From Leucoraja ocellata (taxonomy: Eukaryota), in contig JAWMAR010000023.1 of the NCBI GenBank assembly GCA_036785375.1, positions 11,222,001 through 11,286,000 on the forward strand: DNA of 64,000 nt. Direction: 5' to 3'. Position numbers and translations under genes: made by a program. Shown here one piece after another: positions 56,301-62,300 of this stretch. The notes below the pieces were generated by a model. That model did no database searches and was not told where the DNA came from. It saw nothing but the letters and a program-made list of their open reading frames with translations. Position 1 is the stretch's first letter, and each line of letters begins with the position of its first letter.

Positions 56301-59300
56301 ATGTTCTCCAGCTTTGGATTGCAGCAGTGCTTTACGACAATCATCCAGGCTACATTTTCATTCAGATTCTTTTTTAGTAAAAGCCTCTTTGGAAATGGGT
56401 CAGGAACATTGCAAATCACAAATTCCAGGAAGCCAAATGGTTTTAAAATGTCTTTTCATAAACTATTTGATAAATGAGTCTTAATTTTTCCTCCTCTCCT
56501 CAAATTCCTGAGAATAATTTTCCATTCCAACATTAGGAGCATGACCAAAAATAATATACTCTACAGTTGCAATTACATGTATGTTCTCTACCTTTGGATT
56601 GCAGCAATGCTTTACGACAATCGTCCAGGTTAAATCCAAGGTCTTGGAGGCGATCCAGCTGCAACTCTGCAATAAAAGAAAGAAAATGCTGCTGTATAAT
56701 TAAAACTAACAATCTCTGCTTTTCACATGGGTTAAAGGCAATTTAAGGATTGTACATAAGCCTCTATATCACCTACGTTGTATATACAATTAGTACAAGC
56801 AACAGTTTTTATTCTAGAAAGGTAACCCCGTGGGAAAATGTGCAAAGCTGCAAAAAAATTACAGTCATTATTCAGCCACCATAATATGACGGTTCTTGAC
56901 TGATTTCAAATGGAGAGGATTAATATCAAACAGCTAAGTCCCAATTGGAATTTTCCCCACTTTCAAATCTTATAGACTTGCAATTTATAACGTGACTTAG
57001 TCAGCTGCCAAAAAAAATCCGGCAAACGTTTGGATTTTGACTTCAATTAACCATGGAGAGATTTGTAAATTACTCAGTTAGGAGCTAATTCAAGTAATTT
57101 ATAAAGAAGAATATTTTCTTTAATGAGGCAGTCATGATCTGATGAACTGACTATCTTTTAACTGGAGTTTAAAAATAGTCAAGAATGATACAATGACCTC
57201 ACTTGCCCAGAATTAATTGAGTCTAGACAATTTGAATCCAACTTGCATTTCTGAATGTTGACATAAAAAAAACAACTCATATACTTGGATATTAACTGGG
57301 AAACTTGTTAGGAAAGAATTAAAGAATGAGTAAATATGATAACTGCTATTTTATCAATGGTTCAATGGTACTTCAATGGTTCAGTGGTTCACTCATCTTA
57401 CTCATTCTTTAAGGTACACAAAAATGCTGGAGAAACCCAGCAGGTGAGGCAGCATCTATGGAGCGAAAGAATAGGTGACGTTTCGGGTTGAGATCCTTCT
57501 TCAGACTGATGTATACTGATGTGCTCATGTATAGAATGCTTTGACTGGATAGCATGCAAATAAAGTTTTTCATTGTATCTCAGTGTATGTGACAATATTA
57601 AAGCAATACCAATTCCAATTATAATTTGTCGAATACCATATTGGGAGCAGCTTGAGGGGCATGCAGACTACTGACAAAAAGGATAATCAATAAAGGGGTT
57701 CTGTTGCTTTGCCTATTACTTACCAAGGACAGGATCTATTTGGTGTCCACTTGTTTCTTTTTTCCCAGATCCTGTTGTTGAGATGCCTGTCAAACGAAAT
57801 GAGTTGGTATTGCCATTCATTGACCCAGGATCAGGCATGACAGGCACTGCAGTCGTCTGCTTCGGTATAGACTTCACTATTGCCAGAAATAGCTGTACAT
57901 CGTTGTATGAAAGTCTGATGTCAAGACTGGAGAATTGAATCTGAAACAAGAACAAAATAAGTTTAAGATTACGACAGATATCTATGGGCTTCTTTTGTGT
58001 ATCTATCTATAGTTCTATTATATGCATTATCTAGTCTTCTTTCTATTTTTGAACATGAAAAATGAAGCCTAGATTGAAAAGATATCAGTAATATCTCTTA
58101 AATTATTCGGTCTTCATTTTGAATTGTCATTGAAGCTCATCACTTTTGGGGCAAGAGTCTTCTGCCTCATATCCTTAGAGATGCAGCACAGAAACAGGTC
58201 TGAAGAAGGGTCTCGACCCAAAAAGTCACCCATTCCTTCTCCCCAGAGATGCTGCCTTCCCGCTGAGTTACTCCAGCTTTTTGGGTCTATCTTGGACAGA
58301 AACAGGCCTATTGGCCCACCAAGTCCGCGCAAACCAACTATCACCCCGTACACCTGCACTATCACTAGGAACAATTTCACAATTTCAAGAAGCCAATGAA
58401 CCTATAAACCTGTACGTCTTTGGAGTGTGGATGCACCTGGAGGAAACTCACGCGGTCACAGGTAGAACGTACAAACTCCATACAGACAGCATCCGTAGTC
58501 AGGATCAAACCCGGGTCTCTGACACTGTAGGCAGCAACTCTACTGCTGCGCCATTGTGCCACCCATTCTTCTTATTACATATTCTAAGACTATATACTGA
58601 TTTGCCAACAAACTACAGCACATGATCTATTTTAGACCAGCTGGCATTGACATCACCAAGTCAGATCTATAGTGTTTCCCAGTCGTTTTTCAAGACTAAC
58701 TTTCACTCTCATTTTCTTATTCTTGAAAAATGACAGAGAAAGACTGTTAAAGGGAGACATTATTTCAGCTTTCCATGGCATGGAAAAGACTCTTCTGCAA
58801 AAGGGTTGGAAGATTCTGGCCTCCATCTTGGAATGAGGCAGTGGCATGAAGTAAATGATCAGAATTTAGGATTATGATGCTCACAGATTGCACACTTGCC
58901 CTTCCTTTGGATATAAACGGACTATATTTCTGCTCTCTCGGACCGATATTGCCAAATGGGATACAGCAATCTTGTTAGAACCAATAAGATCTGGAACTTG
59001 TAAAGGCAGAAATTTGTATGCGAACCATTGATGTTCAGCCATTTGAATGGCCAATTTCAAAGCATGTGCTTTCAGACACATTTTATACACTGACTTGATG
59101 TGAATGGTTGGAGCATCTATTTTAGCTTTTTACTCTTGATGCTGTGCTAGTCTATTCAACCCAGTTTAATATCTGTAAGTGTTTCATCCAGATAAATGAG
59201 GTGGTTTAGCAATGGAAATAAGACAAATTCCAACTAATTTGCCTGTGTAAAGATAATGTATAATTTTTAATGTTTTGCTTCTCTTTTCTTTCATCTAAAT

Positions 59301-62300
59301 TCATCCACCTCCATATATCCTCTCTCTCCTTTCCCACCTAGAGACCTTCAGTGTCAATTTCATGAACTTTGGCTGCCCTCCAGTAGCTCAGTCAAGTGTC
59401 CATTCTTCCCTTGTAAAGCTAGACAGAGCCGCACACAGCATGCCTTCACTATGATAATTCCACTGAGGATAACCTCATCTTGTCTTAATCTTTAAAAGCT
59501 GAATAAATCTGCAAGTGATTATAATGCATAGCATAAAACAGTAACCACATCCAAAATCCAACTCCTCCTATCTTCTTCAATCTGTTCTCCACCCTCAACT
59601 AAAAGTACCACCACATGTTTGCTTTGAACCCAGAAAATTACAGTGGCTTTATGACGAGGGTTTCAGACTCTGGTGTGTCACACCAATGTCTCATGCCACA
59701 GCCAGGGGAAATTAAAGCTTTTAAAACTAACAAATAAAAATTGCTTCATTTACTGTTGATCTTCAAATTCGTCTCAATCTTATGTTAGCAGTGATGTAAA
59801 ATTATATTCACTCGTTATTGTTCTTGGAAATAGATGTTATAAATGAAGGCCCTTGATATCGAGCTTTGTGTAACAGTGATGCTCATTATAACTTAGGTCA
59901 AAGAGGGCAAAAGCTCATTGGAATTGTAGGACAAAACTTACGTTCAGACTTTCTTAATCTTTACTCCAAATTCGTGATTTATTATACTATAATGTTCAGT
60001 TCAGGAGCACTAAATATATGATGTATTTGTCCCTGGTGGATTACTGCTCTGCATTGATCAAAATGTTAAATGGTTGAAGTTAAAAACTTCTTGGTTTCTG
60101 TTTGATTTAAAAACTCTTCTTTTCAAAGTCAAAAGCCTTTTTATCATCCTTCGTGATTTATGATTAATATCGCAATAACTTACATCTGGAAATCCTTTAC
60201 GACTTTGGTTTGACTTCCTCTGTTTCTCTATTCTGCAATTCATAAAATCTGGTGTCTAACTGCCTCAAGGTGATTTGCAAATTATGAGTATTGCTTAAAA
60301 GAGCAAATGAAGCAAGCAGGGAAAATGAAGTAGCAATTTTATCCATGATTCTTGCATGTGATGCCCTGAGTAATAAGGGCTGGAAACTACAGTAGTGTCA
60401 GGGTTAGAGAAAGGTCAGCAAAGCAACTCCGCACAATTGCCACTGGCAGTTTGACATTTTCCCTGCAATCAGTATTTCAATCTCATGTGCTATTCATCTT
60501 TGGTTTTCTTATAAAACATATGTATGGAAAAGCAAGACACAGTACTTTAATGTTAAATGTGCATTCCTTTACAAAAGTGATCTAATAAACAACCATTTCA
60601 ATTGGAATCTCTTCAATCACTAGACTGTAAATAGCTGCTATTCCAAATAAAACACTGCTTGAATTTCTCTCTACTCTTCTTTAAACCCAAAATTACTGAT
60701 GAATGACTTTAAAGGCTTCTTCAGTAATATACTGACAAAAATATTGATTTCATAGAAACATAGAAATTAGGTGCAGGAGTAGGCCATTCGGCCCTTCGAG
60801 CCTGCACCGCCATTCAATATGATCATGGCTGATCATCCAACTCAGTATCCCGTACCTGCCTTCTCTCCATACCCTCTGATCCCCTTAGCCACATCTAACT
60901 GCCTCTTAAATATAGCCAATGAACTGGCCTCAACTACCCTCTGTGGCAGAGAGTTCCAGAGATTCACCACTCTCTGTGTGAAAAAAGTTCTTCTCATCTC
61001 GGTTTTAAAGGATTTCCCCCTTATCCTTAAGCTGTGAGCCCTTGTCCTGGACTTCCCCAACATCGGGAGCAATCTTCCTGCATCTAGCCTGTCCAACCCC
61101 TTAAGAATTTTGTAAGTTTCTATAAGATCCCCTCTCAATCTCCTAAATTCTAGAGAGTATAAACCAAGTCTATCCAGTCTTTCTTCATAAGAGTCCTGAC
61201 ATCCCAAGAATTTCAGGCAGAATCCCAACATTTAAAAAGGATAGAACCTGCTGGAATCACAATAGTTCAGGCAGCATCTGTGGAAATGGAAACTGTAAAC
61301 ATGTCCAGCATTTCTATTATTTCAGATTTCCGGCACTGCAGATTTAAAAAATGTTAATCTACCCTCAAATGTATGTCTCTTTCAAGTTGAAAGATGCAAG
61401 AGTCAATTGCAGGAGCTTACACACAGTATTCGAAAAAAAGGGAACAGAGAATTATGGGCCTGTGCCACTTAGGCTATTTTTAGGCGACTGCCGGTGACTG
61501 TCATAGCCGTAGCAGGTCACTGAAAAAATGGCGACTGGACCTCCCCTTCGACATAAAATTTGAAATAGAATCATTTACTTTAACAAAAAAAACCCCCGAA
61601 GTCAACAAAAAAAAACCGAAGTCAGCACCAGCGACAACTTACATCACCTGGGGACAACTACGACAGCACCTACGTAAGGAGAAGTCAAGCTGCGCTCATT
61701 GGTGTCAAACCCACTGTCACCGACTGTCTCAGAAAATGTTTCAACATGTTGAAAATCCAGCGGCGACCAGAAAGACACTATGACTCTTTGGGCGACTGAG
61801 GAGACTACTCATGACAATACAGGCAACACCCCGGCGACAGCCTAGTTACCTGTAGTTGCCTACAAAAATAGCCTAAGTGGAACAGGCCCTTTATTTTCCT
61901 TCTTCTTAATTAAGAAGCTAATCTGATTGTTGCACTCCAAACTACTGCATAGCTAAGAACAATTAACAATCACAGATTGACAATCAAATCTCAGAAGTCA
62001 TCTGTTAAAATGATACCTCAAGTACTGGTGGGAAATCCTCACTACCAAAGGCATCTAGTAGACCCGAGCTCCTCTGGTAGATAGGGTTGCCAATCAATTC
62101 TATCTGCACATTTACAGGATCGATAATGGACAATGCAGTCTCTTGCTCACTGCCAAGTCGACATGAAAACACCTGTAAATAGGGTAAAATAGCACAGGTT
62201 TAGAATCACAATCTGGAACACAAAAGGGGAAAATAAATCTAGCCAGTGTTTGCTGCAGTTTTAAAATATGAAAATATCAATGCAATTTATTTTTTTAAAG

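Noticed and set aside
57378-57391. Perfect DR2 (GGTTCA-gt-GGTTCA)
   Set aside because: It arises inside a (CAATGGTT)n simple-repeat tail, probably from a retroelement.
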